Source: Eledone cirrhosa
Taxonomy: Eukaryota
Reading direction: 5' to 3'
DNA: 64,000 nucleotides
Assembly: GCA_964016885.1 (NCBI GenBank)
Contig: OZ024744.1
Span: 34,534,001 to 34,598,000, forward strand
Below, piece after piece: positions 40,301 through 52,769 of this stretch. Both the position numbers and the translations under genes were made by a program. Position 1 is the first letter of the stretch, and each line of letters opens with the position of its first letter. The notes beneath the pieces are model-generated. The model was not told the DNA's origin and did no database searches. It saw nothing but the letters and a program-made list of their open reading frames with translations.

Positions 40301-43300
40301 TTTTGCTGTGTTACTGAGTAGCTGTACTTTTATTGTGTTACTGAGTAGCTGTACTTTCGTTGTGTTACTCAGTAGATGTACTTTCGTTGTGTTACTGAGT
40401 AGCTGTACTTTCGTTGTGTTACTTAGTAGCTGTACATTCGGTGTGTTAGTAGCTTTACTTTCGTTGTGTTACTGAGTAGCTGTACTTTCGTTGTGTTACT
40501 GAGTAGCTGTACTTTCGTTGTGTTACTTAGTAGCAGTACATTCGTTGTATTACTGTGTAGCTGTACATTCGTTGTGTTTCTTATTAGCTTTACTTTCGTT
40601 GTGTTACTGTGTAGCTGTACATTCGTTGTGTTACTTAGTAGCAGTACATTCGTTGTATTACTGTGTAGCTGTACATTCGTTGTGTTTCTTATTAGCTTTA
40701 CTTTCGTTGTGTTACTGAGTAGCTGTACTTTCGTTGTGTTACTTAGTAGCTGTACATTCGTTGTGTTACTTAGTAGCTGTACTTTCGTTGTATTACTGAG
40801 TAGCTGTACATTCGTTGTGTTACTCAGTAGCTGTACTTTCGTTGTTACTTAGTAGCTGTACTTTCGTTGTGTTACTGAGTAGCTGTACTTTCGTTGTATT
40901 ACTGAGTAGCTATACTTTCGTTGTGTTACTTATTAGCTGTAAATTCGTTGTAATACTGAGTAGCTGTACTTTCGTTGTGTTACTGAGTAGCTGTACATTC
41001 GTTCTGTTACTTAGTAGCTGTACTTTCGTTGTGTTACTGAGTAGCTGTACATTCGTTGTGTTACAGAGTAGCTGTACTTTCGTTGTGTTACTGTGTAGCT
41101 GTACATTCGTTGTGTTACTGTGTAGCTGTACATTCGTTGTGTTACAGAGTAGCTGTACTTTCGCTGTATTACTGAATAGCTGTATATTCGGTGTGTTACT
41201 TAGTAGCTGTACTTTCGCTGTGTTACTGAGTAGCTGTACTTTCATTGTCTTACTGAGTAGCTGTACTTTCGTTGTGTTACTTAGTAGCTGTACATTCGTT
41301 GTGTTACTGAGTATCTGTAATTTCGTTATGTTACTTAGGAGCTGTACATTCGTTGTGTTACTTAGTAGCAGTACTTTCGTTGTGTTACTGAGTAGCTGTA
41401 CTTTCGTTGTATTACTGAGTAGCTGTACTTTCGTTGTATTACTGAGTAGCTGTATATTCGGTGTGTTACTGAGTAGGTGTACTTTCGTTGTGTTACTGAG
41501 TATCTGTACTTTCGTTGCGTTACTTAGTAGCTGTACATTCGGTGTGTTAGTAGCTTTACTTTCGTTGTGTTACTGAGTAGCTGTACATTAGTTGTGTTAC
41601 TGAGTAGCTGTACTTTCGTTGTGTTACTGAGTAGCTGTAAATTCGTTGTGTTACTGAGTAACTGTACTTTCGTTGTGTTACTGAGTAGCTGTATTTTCGT
41701 TGTATTACTGAGTAGCTGTACATTCGTTGCGTTACTGACTAGCTGTACATTCGTTGTGTTACTGAGTAGCTGTACTTTCGTTGTGTTACTTAGTAGCTGT
41801 ACATTCGTTGTGTTATTTAGAAGCTATACGTCGTTGTGTTACTGAATAGATATACTTTCGTTGTGTTACTTACTAGCTGTACTTTCGTTGTATTACTGAG
41901 TAGCTGTACTTTCGTTGTGTTACTGAGTAGCTGTACTTTCGTTATGTTACTTACGAGCTGTACATTCGTTGTATTACTGAGTAGTTGTACTTTTGTTGCG
42001 TTAGTGAGTAGCTGTACTTTCCTTGTGTTACTGAGTAGCTGTACTTTCGTTGTGTTACTTATTAGCTTTACATTCGTTGTGTTACTGCGTAGCTGTACAT
42101 TCGTTGTGTTACTGAACAGCTGTACTTTCGTTGTTACTTAGTAGCTGTACTTTCGTTGTATTACTGAGTAGCTGTACTTTCGTTGTATTACTGAGTAGCT
42201 GTACTTTCGTTGTATTACTGAGTAGCTGTACTTTCGTTGTGTTACTTATTAGCTGTAAATTCGTTGTATTACTGAGTAGCTGTAATTTTGTTGTGTTACT
42301 TAGTAGCTGTACATTCGTTGTGTTACTTATTAGCTGTACTTTCGTTGTGTTACTGATTAGCTGTACGTTCGTTGTATTAGTGAATAGCTGTACTTTCGTT
42401 ATGTTACTGAGTAGCTGTACATTCGTTGTGTTACTTAGTAGCTGTACTTTCGTTGTGTTATTGAGTAGATTTACATTCGTTGTGTTACTGAGTAGCTGTA
42501 CATTCGTTGTGTTACTGAGTAGCTGTACATTCGTTGTGTTACTGAGTAGCATACCTTCGTGGTGTTACTTAGTAGCTGTACATTCGTTGTGTTTCTTATT
42601 AGCTTTACTTTGTTTGTGTTACTGTGTAGCTGTACTTTCGTTGTGTTACTTAGTAGCTGTAAATTCGTTGTGTTACTGAGTAGCTGTACTTTCGTTGTGT
42701 TACTGAGTAGCTGTACATTCGTTGTGTTATTGAGTAGTTGTACTTTTGTTGAGTTAGTGAGTAGCTGTACTTTCGTTGTGTTACTTAGTAGCTGTACTTT
42801 CGTTGTGTTACTGAGTAGCTGTACTTTCGTTGTGTTACTGTGTAGCTGTTCATTCGTTTTGTTACTGAGTAGCTGTACTTTCGTTGTGTTACTTATTAGC
42901 TGTACATTCGTTGTGTTACTGAGTGGCTGTACATTCGTTGTGTTACTGAACAGCTGTACTTTCGTTGTTACTTAGTAGCTGTACTTTCGTTGTATTACTG
43001 AGTAGCTGTACTTTCGTTGTATTACTTAGTAGCTGTACATTCGTTGTGTTACTGAGTAGCTGTACTTTCGTTGTATTACTGAGTAGCTGTATATTCGGTG
43101 TGTTACTTAGTAGCTTACTTTCGCTGTGTTACTGAGTAGCTGTACTTTCATTGTGTTACTGAGTAGCTGTACTTTTGTTGTGTTACTGAGTAGGTGTACT
43201 TTCGTTGTGTTACTGAGTAGCTGTACTTTCGTTGTATTACTTAGTAGCTGTACATTCGGTGTGTTAGTAGCTTTACTTTCGTTGTGTTACTGAGTATCTG

Positions 43301-45330
43301 TAGAATAGTTGTGTTACTGAGCAGCTGTACTTTCGTTGTGTTACTGAGTAGCTGTACATTCGTTGTGTTACTTAGTTGCTGTACATTCGTTGCGTTACTG
43401 ACTAGCTGTACATTCGTTGTGTTTCTGAGTAGCTGTACTTTCGTTGTGTTACTGAGTATCTGTAGATTAGTTGTGTTACTGAGCAGCTGTACTTTCGTTG
43501 TGTTACTTAGTAGCTGTACATTCGTTGTGTTACTGAGTAGCTGTACATTCGTTGCGTTACTGACTAGCTGTACATTCGTTGTGTTACTGAGTAGCTGTAC
43601 TTTCGTTGAGATACTGAGTAGCTGTACGTTCGTTGTGTTACTTAGAAGCTATACGTTCGTTGTGTTACTGAGTAGCTGTACATTCGTTGTGTTACTTAGT
43701 AACTGTACATTCGTTGTGTTATTTAGAAGCTATACGTTCGTTGTGTTACTGAATAGATATACTTTCGTTGTGTTACTGAGTAGCTTTACTTTCGTTGTAT
43801 TATTGAGTAGCTGTACTTTCGTTGTGTTGCTGTATAGCTGTACTTTCGTTGTGATACTTAGTAACGGTACATTCGTTGTGTTTCTTATTAGCTGTAATTT
43901 CGTTGTGTTACTGAGTAGCTGTACTTTCGTTGTATTACTGAGTAGATGTATTTGGTTGTCTTACTGAGTAGCTTTACTTTCGTTGTGTTACTGAATAGCT
44001 GTACTTTCGTTGTGTTACTTATTTGCTGTACATTCGTTGTATTACTGAGTAGCTGTACTTTCGTTGTGTTACTTAGTAGCTGTACATTCGTTGTGTTACT
44101 TATTAGCTTTACTTTCGTTATGTTACTGTGTAGCTGTACTTTTGTTGTGTTACTTAGTAGCTGTACATTCGTTGTGTTACTTAGTAGCTGTACTTTCATT
44201 GTATTACTGAGTAGCTGTACATTCGTTGTGTTACTGAGTAGCTGTACTTTCGTTATGTTACTTAGGAGCTGTACATTCGTTGTGTTACTGAGTAGCTGTA
44301 CTTTTGTTGTGTTACTGAGTAGCTGTACTTTCGTTGTGTTACTGAGTATCTGTACTTTCGTTGTGTTACTTATTAGCTGTACTTTCATTGTGTTACTGAG
44401 TAGCTGTACTTTCGTTGTGTTACTTAGTAGCTGTACTTTCGTTGTTTTACTGAGTAACTGTACTTTCGTTGTATTACTGAGTAGCTGTATATTCGGTGTG
44501 TTACTTAGTAGCTGTACTTTCGATGTGTTACTGAGTAGCTGTACTTTCATTGTGTTACTGAGTAGCTGTACTTTCGTTGTGTTACTGAGTATGTGTACTT
44601 TCGTTGTGTTACTGAGTAGCTGTACTTTCGTTGTGTTACTTAGTAGCTGTATATTCGCTGAGTTACTTAGTAGCTTTACTTTCGTTGTGTTACTTATTAG
44701 CTGTACATTCGTTGTGTTACTGAGTTGCTGTACATTCGTTGTGTTACTGAGTAGCTGTACTTTCGTTGTGTTACTGAGTAGCTGTACTTTCGTTGTATTA
44801 CTGAGTAGCTGTACTTTCGTTGTGTTACTGAGTAACTGTACTTTCGTTGTGTTACTGAGTAGCTATTTCTTTCGTTGTGTTACTGAGTAGCTATTTCTTT
44901 CGTTGTGTTACTTATTAGCTGTACATTCGTTGTGTTACTGGGTAGCTGTACTTTACTTGTGTTACTGAGCAGCTGTACTTTCGTTGTGTTACTGAGTAGC
45001 TGTACCTTCGTTGTGTTACTGAGTAGCTATTTCTTTCGTTGTGTTACTTATTAGCTGTACATTCGTTGTGTTACTGGGTAGCTGTACTTTACTTGTGTTA
45101 CTGAGTAGCTGTACTTTCTTTGTGTTACTGAGTAGCTGTACTTTCGTTGTGATACTGAGTAGCTGTACTTTCGTTGTGTTACTTAGTAGCTGTACTTTTG
45201 TTGTATTACTTAGAAGCTCTTTTTTCGTTGTGTTACTGAGTAACCGTACTTTCGTTGTGTTACTGAGTAGCTGTACTTTCGTTGTGTTACTGAATAGCTG
45301 TATTTTCGCTGTGTTACTGAGTAGTTGTCG
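16398..45330. repeat. 27-bp satellite array (~29 kb, roughly 1,070 units), consensus CTGAGTAGCTGTAC(T/A)TTCGTTGTGTTA
   Basis: Continuous tandem 27-mers with recurring variants and occasional 25/26/29-bp units. Copy number is array length divided by 27. Confidence 0.98.
19941..39738. repeat. Tandem 9,899-bp near-identical duplication within the 27-bp satellite
   Basis: The ORF track repeats at offset 9899 (20035/29934, 22098/31997, 25674/35573, 29470/39369). The copies are 19941-29839 and 29840-39738. Confidence 0.93.
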
Positions 45331-45775
45331 TACACTTGCATTTGTATAGTAGTGACCGTCTGATCATGTCGTCTCATGGTGTCCCTGACTAACTGTACAT
45401 TCGTTGTATTACTGAGTAGCATAACATTCATTGTATTACTGAGTAGCTGTACTTTCGTTGCATTATTGTGTAGCTGTCGTACAGTCGTATGTGTGTAGCT
45501 ATGTTCGTCTGTGCATTCATGGTGTCCCTGAGTAGCTGTACTTTCATTGTATTACTGAGTAGCTGTCGTAAAGTCGTATTTGTGTAGTAGCTGTACATCC
45601 ATTGTATCATTGAGTAGCTGTCGTAGACTTGTAATTGTGTAGTCGTGTCCGTCTAAGCATTCATGGTGTGCCTGATTAACTGTACTTACGTTATATTATT
45701 GAGTATCTGTGTATTCGTCGTAAACTCGTATTTCTGTACCTGTGTTCGTTTGTGCATTCGCGGTATCAAATTGTC
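45331..45775. repeat. Degenerate complex satellite-related units at the array edge
   Basis: 27-mer-like units are interleaved with a GTGTAG...GTCTGTGCATTCATGGTGTCC spacer that also occurs at 16356-16398. Confidence 0.8.
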
Positions 45776-45789
45776 TTGAGTATACGTGT

Positions 45790-45830
45790 ACCTGTGCACC
45801 TGTGCACCTGTGAACCTGTGCACCTGTGCA
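45790..45830. repeat. 8-bp tandem repeat (ACCTGTGC)x5
   Basis: Directly visible. Confidence 0.85.
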
Positions 45831-46293
45831 ACTTGTTCGGCTGTGCATTTGTCGTATGATGCCTACCTTACTGAGTACGGGTGAGAGCGACCGTTCTATT
45901 ATAGCGTTGATAAATTTTAAGTGTGTGCGCGCACAAACACACACAATCATACACAACAATACACATACACATACACATACACGTGCGCACAATCACACAC
46001 AACAATACACACACATCCTCCTATGATGAGATGAAGAGCAAAATCACATAGCCACGCGCTTTCACATTACATACATTTATGCATACATACATAAATAAAT
46101 ATATACATACATACATACATTCACATACACACATACATCTATACATACATACATGTATACATACAAACATACATACAGACAACAGACCGACGGGCATACA
46201 TTCATAGATAGATACATACATATGTACATATATAGATGCATAAATACATACACACACATTTATGCATAATACAAAGATACATACGTACATACA

Positions 46294-46340
46294 ACATGAT
46301 GATGGCTGCCCCTCGTTATCGAGTATGGCTATTGCACGAG
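46294..46340 (-). mobile_element. Possible isolated 3' terminus of an RTE-type LINE
   Basis: Minus-strand GCCATACTCGATAACGAGGGGCAGCC(ATC)n has a CTCG/CGAG hairpin and a trinucleotide tail resembling RTE 3' ends. It is very short. Confidence 0.35.
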
Positions 46341-46372
46341 AAAAAAAAGCCCATAATAATAACAATAATAAT

Positions 46373-46561
46373 AATTGTTTCTACTTTAGGCTCAAGGCCA
46401 GCAAATACCCAGTACATTACTGGTACTTTATTTTATCGACCCCGTAAGGATGAAAGGCAAAGTTGAGCTCGGCGGGATTTGAACCCAGAATGTAAAGGGC
46501 AGTAACTCTATGCGTCAAAGCATGACGTCCGACCCTCTACCGATACTGCCAATCCACCGCC
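46373..46561 (-). mobile_element. Full-length SINE copy
   Basis: Reverse complement of the same family, from the GGCGGTGGATTGGCAGTATCGG head to the AGTAGAAACAATT tail. It sits in an (AAT)-rich tract. Confidence 0.92.
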
Positions 46562-46711
46562 TTATAACAATAATAGTAATAATAATAACAATAATAATAA
46601 CGACAAAAACAACAATAATAATATACATATATATATATATACACACATATATACACATATAATATACATATATATATACACACACACGCACACACACACA
46701 CATGATAGCAA

Positions 46712-49700
46712 TTAACAGCGCTGCGATCGAATGTGGCTTTTTAGTCCAGCCAATGATCTAAAATGTCTTGCACAGTGCCGGCAACCAAAACATTTACTGG
46801 GAATAGTCGGCTGTGGTTGGAGTTTGAGGCCTCCTGCTGATTTACATTCTCTACCACATGTTTGGCAAGCATGATGAGTAGCATCTCCAACAGCAGCCTG
46901 GTAGTCAACCACTGGTCTTATTTTATGACTGCGAAGATGACTTTCGAGTCCAGCTTTGCTTAGGCAGAGTCTCGCACAGACGCTGCATGCCAGCACCATA
47001 GGAGGACCCTCGCCGTCTGGAAGTGCAACAGCAATGCCCTTCCTCACATCCCTCTTTACTTTCTCATATGCGATTCGAGACGCCTCAAAAGCAACTTTTC
47101 CCTCATATACAGTCTTTCTCCTTGTATTACGATCAGCAGCAATATTTTCCCATGTATCAGCAGAGATGTTAGCGTCTTTCAAAGAGGCTTTCAAGTAATC
47201 CTTATACCTCTTTTTTGGTTTATAAAAGAGTTGTTTTGGTATTCTAGAATCCTTCATCCTGGCAAGGTGACCACTCCAACGGAGTCGTTGCTTAAGCACA
47301 AGAGCTTCTATATTGTCACACATAGAGCTTTCCAAAATCTCGACATCACTGATGTGGTCCCTCCAGTGAACGCCATGGATCCGTCTGAGACACATCTGAT
47401 GGAAACGCTCCAATTGCTTAAGGTGGTGTCGATATGTGACCAAGGTCTCGGAGGCATAAAGAAGAGAAGTGAGCACACATGCCTTTGTCTTCTTGTATAT
47501 GTCTTGCCGACCCCAGAGTCGCCTTTAAAGCTTTCCGAAAGTATCACTTGCTTTCCTAATCCTAAGTGAGATTTCACTCTCAAGGTTGCTGTATCGATTG
47601 ACAGTGCTTCCCAGGTAGTCAAACTGATCAAGCACTCCAAGTCGTTTACCAGACACATAGATATTTGGTTCACTGTACTGCTTACCAGGGGCAGTTTGGT
47701 ACATGACGACGGTTTTCTTGAGACTGACAGTCAATCCGCGGGCAGTGCAAGCATCAGAAAATGCATGCAAAATGTGCTGCATATCACTCTCTGTGTGCGC
47801 TACAAGATCGCAATCATCTGTATACAAGAGGTCTCTTATGATTGATGTAAATACTTTTGTTTTTGCAGCAAAGCGCCTGGTGTTAAATATGTTGCCTGAG
47901 GTTCGATATCGGATGTAAACACCATGCTCGCAATTCCTGAATGCAATATAGAAAACCATTGCAAAGTATATGGCAAACAGGGTCGATGCTGGAATATGCC
48001 CCTGTTTCACTCCATTTTTTACTGAGATAGGCTCCGACATTAACCCAAGCCTTCATGTCGTCATGGAAAGACCTAATTAAAGCAAGGAACTTATCCGGGC
48101 AACCAAGTTTCTGGAGAACCTTCCATATTGCATCTCTGTTAACAGTATCGAAAGCTTTTGTCAGATCGACAAAAAGCGGATACAGATCTAAACCTTGTTC
48201 CATGCACTTCTCCTGGAGCTGTCTAGCTGAGAAGATCATATCAGTAGTGCCGCGTCCAGCACGAAAACCAGATTGACTTTCAGGAAGAACACAATCTGCA
48301 ATGTGTGTCAGCAGACGGTCCAGAAGCACCCTACATAAAACTTTCCCTACGACAGAAAGCAATGATATACCTCTGTATTTCCCACAATCATTCCTGTTAC
48401 CCTTTCCCTTGTACAAGACCACCATTACTGCATCTCTCCAGTCCTCAGGTACGGATTCATTAGCCCATATCCTGCCAAACAAAGAGTGCAGATGTTGCAG
48501 GAGTCTCTCACCACCATATTGTAGGAGCTCAGCATGTATGCCATCCATACCTGGAGACCTTCCACTGTTCAGTTTCGAGATAGCCACTGCATCCTCCACA
48601 AGCATCGGAGGTTCTGCGAGAGCTACTTTCACAGGACTTTCTGGAATGAGATTGAGGAAATCTTCATGACGACGGACGGCTGATTCAAAAGCTCATGAAA
48701 GTGCTCTCGCCACCTTCGTAGAATTCCTTGTGAGTCACGAAGAAGTTCTTTGCCATCCTTGCTGCGAAGCGGTGTCACCAGAGAAGAAGACGGTACATAA
48801 ACTTCACGCAAGAGACTGTACAACAGCTTTGTGTTATTGGAATCTGACGCAGTTTGTATCTCATTAGCCTTCTCACTCCACCACTGATCCTTCATCTGAG
48901 AAAGACTCCGCCTAACACGTGATTTCACATCCTTGAGTATCGTATGCAACATATTCTTCTCCTGTGGTTTTGCCGTCAAGTAGCGTGACAGAGCACGCCT
49001 CTTATCAGCCAACAAGTCTTCTATATGTACATCATTCTCATTAAACCAGTCTTGATATTTTCTCTGCACCAATCCCAGAACACGCCTGCCTACATCATAA
49101 ACCGTCTTTTTAAGGGTCGGCTAATCCTCACCAAGATCTGCAACCTGCATCTCTTCTTGCAATGTCCTCTTCACATTTTTATCCCTAAGACGAGCAGCAT
49201 TCAATCTTCTGGGCAGAACAACACAAGGAGTCCGGATTTTACGTTTAGTGATTAGTTTCACTTTTGCGCGTACCAGGCGGTGGTCCGTCCAGCACTCAGC
49301 TCCACGAAGAGCACGAACACACTGCACATCCCGTCTGTCACGCATCCTGATTAGGACGTAGTCCAAAAGATGCCATTCCTTAGATGCAGGATGCATCCAT
49401 GTGGTCTTAAATTTGTTCTTTTGTTGGAACATGGTGTTGGTAACACACAGATCCAGCTCCTCACACATCTGCAGCAGGAGCATACCATTGTTGTTACACT
49501 TTCCCACCCCATGCCTTCCGATTACATTCCATGTGTTAAAATCCCTACCCACTTTAGCATTAAAGTCACCAAGCACGATGACTTTGTCTGGCTGAGGGAT
49601 ATTTCTTAAAAAACCTTTCAAGGCATGATAAAAGGACACTTTTTCTTCATCGACAGAATTCATAGTTGGAGCATAAGCACTCACTAGGGTCGCATATCTT

Positions 49701-50150
49701 TCTTTGTCCAGCGGAATTCACATGGACATAAGACGCTCACTAATACCTACTGGGAATTCTTCTAATTTATCCACAAGAACAATCTTAACAGCAAATGCTA
49801 CCCCAGCCTCTCTTCTGGTTCCTTCATCTCTTCCTTTCCAGAAGAATGTATATTCTCCACAAAATTCTGTAAGATGACCATCTTCAGCTAACCTCATCTC
49901 AGATAAAGCCACGATGTCAAGATCGTAACGCGAAGCTCCTTTGCAACAAGAGCTGTCCTTCGTTCAGGACGCTCCAAGGAATCCCAGCCAAGACTAAATG
50001 CCTTGTTTGGCTATATTACAGTGGCACGATGACGAGCGGCCCCAGGCTGTGATAACCTGGGGCCCTTGCCCTTATTGCCAATTATCTCTTTTGTTCCAGA
50101 ACCTTTATTGCCAATTATCTCTTTTATATTGTTTTGGAACATCATTGAAT
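46712..50150 (-). pseudogene. RTE-clade LINE ORF (APE endonuclease + reverse transcriptase + C-terminal C2H2 fingers), frameshifted
   Basis: APE: RPERRTALVA.EL, DIVALSE.RL, SAYAPT, LGDFNA.VG, TWMHP.SK.WHLLDY, TDHRLV. RT: SPGMDGIHAE, YKGKG...CGKYRGISLLS, PESQSGFRAGRGTTDMIF, FVDLTKAFDTVNR, GVKQG, LLYTDD, YLGS, RLRWSGHL.RM. It is split over six ORFs, with a (TG)n tail ~10 nt after the stop. Confidence 0.95.
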
Positions 50151-50187
50151 TGGGGGAAAAAAAAGTAATAATAATAGTAACAACAAC

Positions 50188-50230
<43 letters not shown>

Positions 50231-50235
<5 letters not shown>

Positions 50236-50898
50236 TTCAATGTGCAGTCCTATAGCTCCAACCGAATACCTAAACAGGCATGACAGAGCTGCACAATACA
50301 TACATTGGATAATGTGTAAGCATTTTGACCTGCCCCATCAAAAGAATTGGTGGGAGCATCAACCACCCCCCATACTTGAAAAAGATCACATCTCAATCTT
50401 GTGGAACTTTAGCATCCAAACAGACCGAAAAATAGATGCAAATAGACCTGATATAATATTGAAGGACTTTCAAAGGAGGGTATGCCTGCTAATTGATATG
50501 TCTGTTCCAATAGACAAGAATGTATCTATAAAAACATTTGAAAAATTGAGCAAGTATAAGGACCTGGAGATAGAAATTGGAAAAATGTGGAAATTGAGAA
50601 CTAAAACAATACCAGTGGTTGTAGGCGCTCTGGGAATGATACCTAAGGGGTCTAACGACTACTTATCGCAAATCCCAGGAAACCCGCGTATAGGAGAAAT
50701 ACAAAAGATAGTACTAATGGGAACTGCCCATATACTAAGGAAGATCCTGTCAATATAAGTACATCACAAGTCTAAACACTAAGGATGCATGTGTGAATAT
50801 GTGTGTTCTTTCTTGAACATGGCGGACCTTGTTGTCTCTTGAGGTCACTGGTTGTGACTTGGTGATAACTCGTATAAACATAAAGCAAGATAAATGCA

Positions 50899-50900
<2 letters not shown>
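50231..50900 (+). mobile_element. Dong/R4-clade non-LTR retrotransposon, short 5'-truncated copy (RLE endonuclease + 3' UTR)
   Basis: RHD and NRPDI...LIDMSVP...EKLSKYKDL...PVVVGALG restriction-like endonuclease motifs. It matches 52053-52720 at offset 1822 and is bounded by (TAA)n on both sides. Confidence 0.93.
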
Positions 50901-50945
<45 letters not shown>

Positions 50946-50947
<2 letters not shown>

Positions 50948-52724
50948 CGCACTTATACCATTAAGTAAAATGCTCAATGAAACAAAACATGGATATAGAG
51001 TCTATGACAAAACCATTAATCACTTGTTCTACATGGATGACCTGAAACTATTTTCAAAAAATGATGAACAATTGCAAGGGCTATTATCCACTGTGGAGCA
51101 GTTCAGTGATGACATTAAAATGGAGTTTGGACTAGATAAATGCGCCAAAGCAACGTTCACCAGAGGAAAGCTGCTGAAGAGTTCAGACATTAATCTTGAT
51201 CGGGGGAACGTGATAAGAGAACTTGATCAAGAAAAAACTTACAAATATCTAGGTGTTAGTGAAGGAGACGGAATCAAGCACTCGACAATGAGGGAAAGGA
51301 TAAGGAAGGAATGTTACCGCAGAGTAAGAGCAATCTTAAGAACGGAATTGAATGCAAGGAATAGGATCGATGCCATAAACACGCTTGCCATACAAGTAGT
51401 AACCTACAGTTACAATGTCATCAACTGGTCAAGCACAGAGATCCGTAGGCTCGATACAAAAATTCGAAAATTCTTAACCATAGACAGAATGCATCACCCT
51501 AAGGCAGATATAGATAGAATATATCTCCCAAGGAAAGAAGGAGGACGTGGATTAGTCCAGTTAGACATTGCGTTGAAAACTGCAACAATTGGATTATCTA
51601 CATATCTAATGGAATCACATGATTGGATGATCAAACTCGTTTTGAAACACGAAAGCACCAAAAGATCATATTCCATTACAAAAGATGCACAAAGATACAG
51701 TAATGGACTACAAATTTCAGAAGTCCCATTTACTGCTGAAATGGAAAACACAGAAAAAGCAAAGCAGGTAAAAGTAACTGCAAAGAAAGAACTGCTACAG
51801 AAACTGGCTAAGAAATGGCAAGAAAAGCCTCTGTATGGAAAATACCCAGAACGAGTTAACAATCCTGATGTTGACAAAACTTTAACCCATCAGTGGTTGG
51901 CATCCTCTGGACTGAAATCGGAGACTGAAGGACTGATTATATCAGCACAATATCAGTGTCTGCCAACAAAAAATTACCAAGCCAACATAATAAAAAATGG
52001 ATGCAGCCCATTATGCCGTGTATGCAAAAAACAACCAGAGACCATTGACCATATAATTTCAATGTGCAGTCCTTTAGCTCCAACCGAATACCTAAACAGG
52101 CATGACAGAGCTGCACAATACATACATTGGATAATGTGTAAGCATTTTGACCTGCCCCATCAAAAGAATTGGTGGGAGCATCAACCACCTCCCATACTTG
52201 AAAAAGATCACATCTCAATATTGTGGAACTTTAGCATCCAAACAGACCGAGAAATAGATGCAAATAGACCTGATATAATATTGAAGGACTTTAAAAAGAG
52301 GGTATGCCTGCTAATTGATATGTCTGTTCCAATAGACAAGAACGTATCTATAAAAACATTTGAAAAATTGAGCAAGTATAAGGACCTGGAGATAGAAATT
52401 GGAAAAATGTGGAAATTGAGAACTAAAACAATACCAGTGGTTGTGGGCGCTCTGGGAATGATACCTAAGGGGTCTAATGATTACTTATCGCAAATCCCAG
52501 GAAACCCGCGTATAGGAGAAGTACAAAAGATAGTACTAATGGGAACTGCCCATATACTAAGGAAGATTCTGTCAATATAAGTACATCACAAGTCTAAACA
52601 CTAAAGATGCACGTGTGAGTATGTATGTTCTTTCTTGAACATTGCGGACCTTGTTGTCTCTTGAGGTCACTGGTTGTGACTTGGTGATAACTCGTATGAA
52701 TATAAAGCAAGATAAATGCAACTG
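50946..52724 (+). mobile_element. Dong/R4-clade non-LTR retrotransposon, longer 5'-truncated copy
   Basis: It begins mid-RT (IALIPLS) right after (TAA)n, and has a ~145-bp 3' UTR ending in (TAA)n. Confidence 0.93.
50970..52580 (+). CDS. Partial RT + CCHC zinc knuckle + RLE endonuclease of the Dong/R4 element (uninterrupted 536 aa, 5'-truncated)
   Basis: HLFYMDDLKL, MEFGLDKC, YKYLG, LPRKEGGRGL, KPLYGKY, CRVC...ETIDHIISMC, RHD, PD-D-K nuclease. Confidence 0.9.
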   Translation: MLNETKHGYRVYDKTINHLFYMDDLKLFSKNDEQLQGLLSTVEQFSDDIKMEFGLDKCAKATFTRGKLLKSSDINLDRGNVIRELDQEKTYKYLGVSEGDGIKHSTMRERIRKECYRRVRAILRTELNARNRIDAINTLAIQVVTYSYNVINWSSTEIRRLDTKIRKFLTIDRMHHPKADIDRIYLPRKEGGRGLVQLDIALKTATIGLSTYLMESHDWMIKLVLKHESTKRSYSITKDAQRYSNGLQISEVPFTAEMENTEKAKQVKVTAKKELLQKLAKKWQEKPLYGKYPERVNNPDVDKTLTHQWLASSGLKSETEGLIISAQYQCLPTKNYQANIIKNGCSPLCRVCKKQPETIDHIISMCSPLAPTEYLNRHDRAAQYIHWIMCKHFDLPHQKNWWEHQPPPILEKDHISILWNFSIQTDREIDANRPDIILKDFKKRVCLLIDMSVPIDKNVSIKTFEKLSKYKDLEIEIGKMWKLRTKTIPVVVGALGMIPKGSNDYLSQIPGNPRIGEVQKIVLMGTAHILRKILSI

Positions 52725-52769
52725 TAATAATAATAATAATAATAATACACTATTAATAATTATTAATTA

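Noticed and set aside
16398-45330. CRISPR-like array or large repetitive membrane proteins (LLSSCTFVV)n
   Set aside because: The units are contiguous with no unique spacers, there are no cas genes, and the context is eukaryotic. The ORFs arise because 27 is divisible by 3, and they are broken by frequent indels.
46956-52218. Antisense ORFs overlapping the RTE and Dong ORFs (and 6396-7917 over the Helitron)
   Set aside because: Shadow frames of TE coding sequence with no recognisable motifs.
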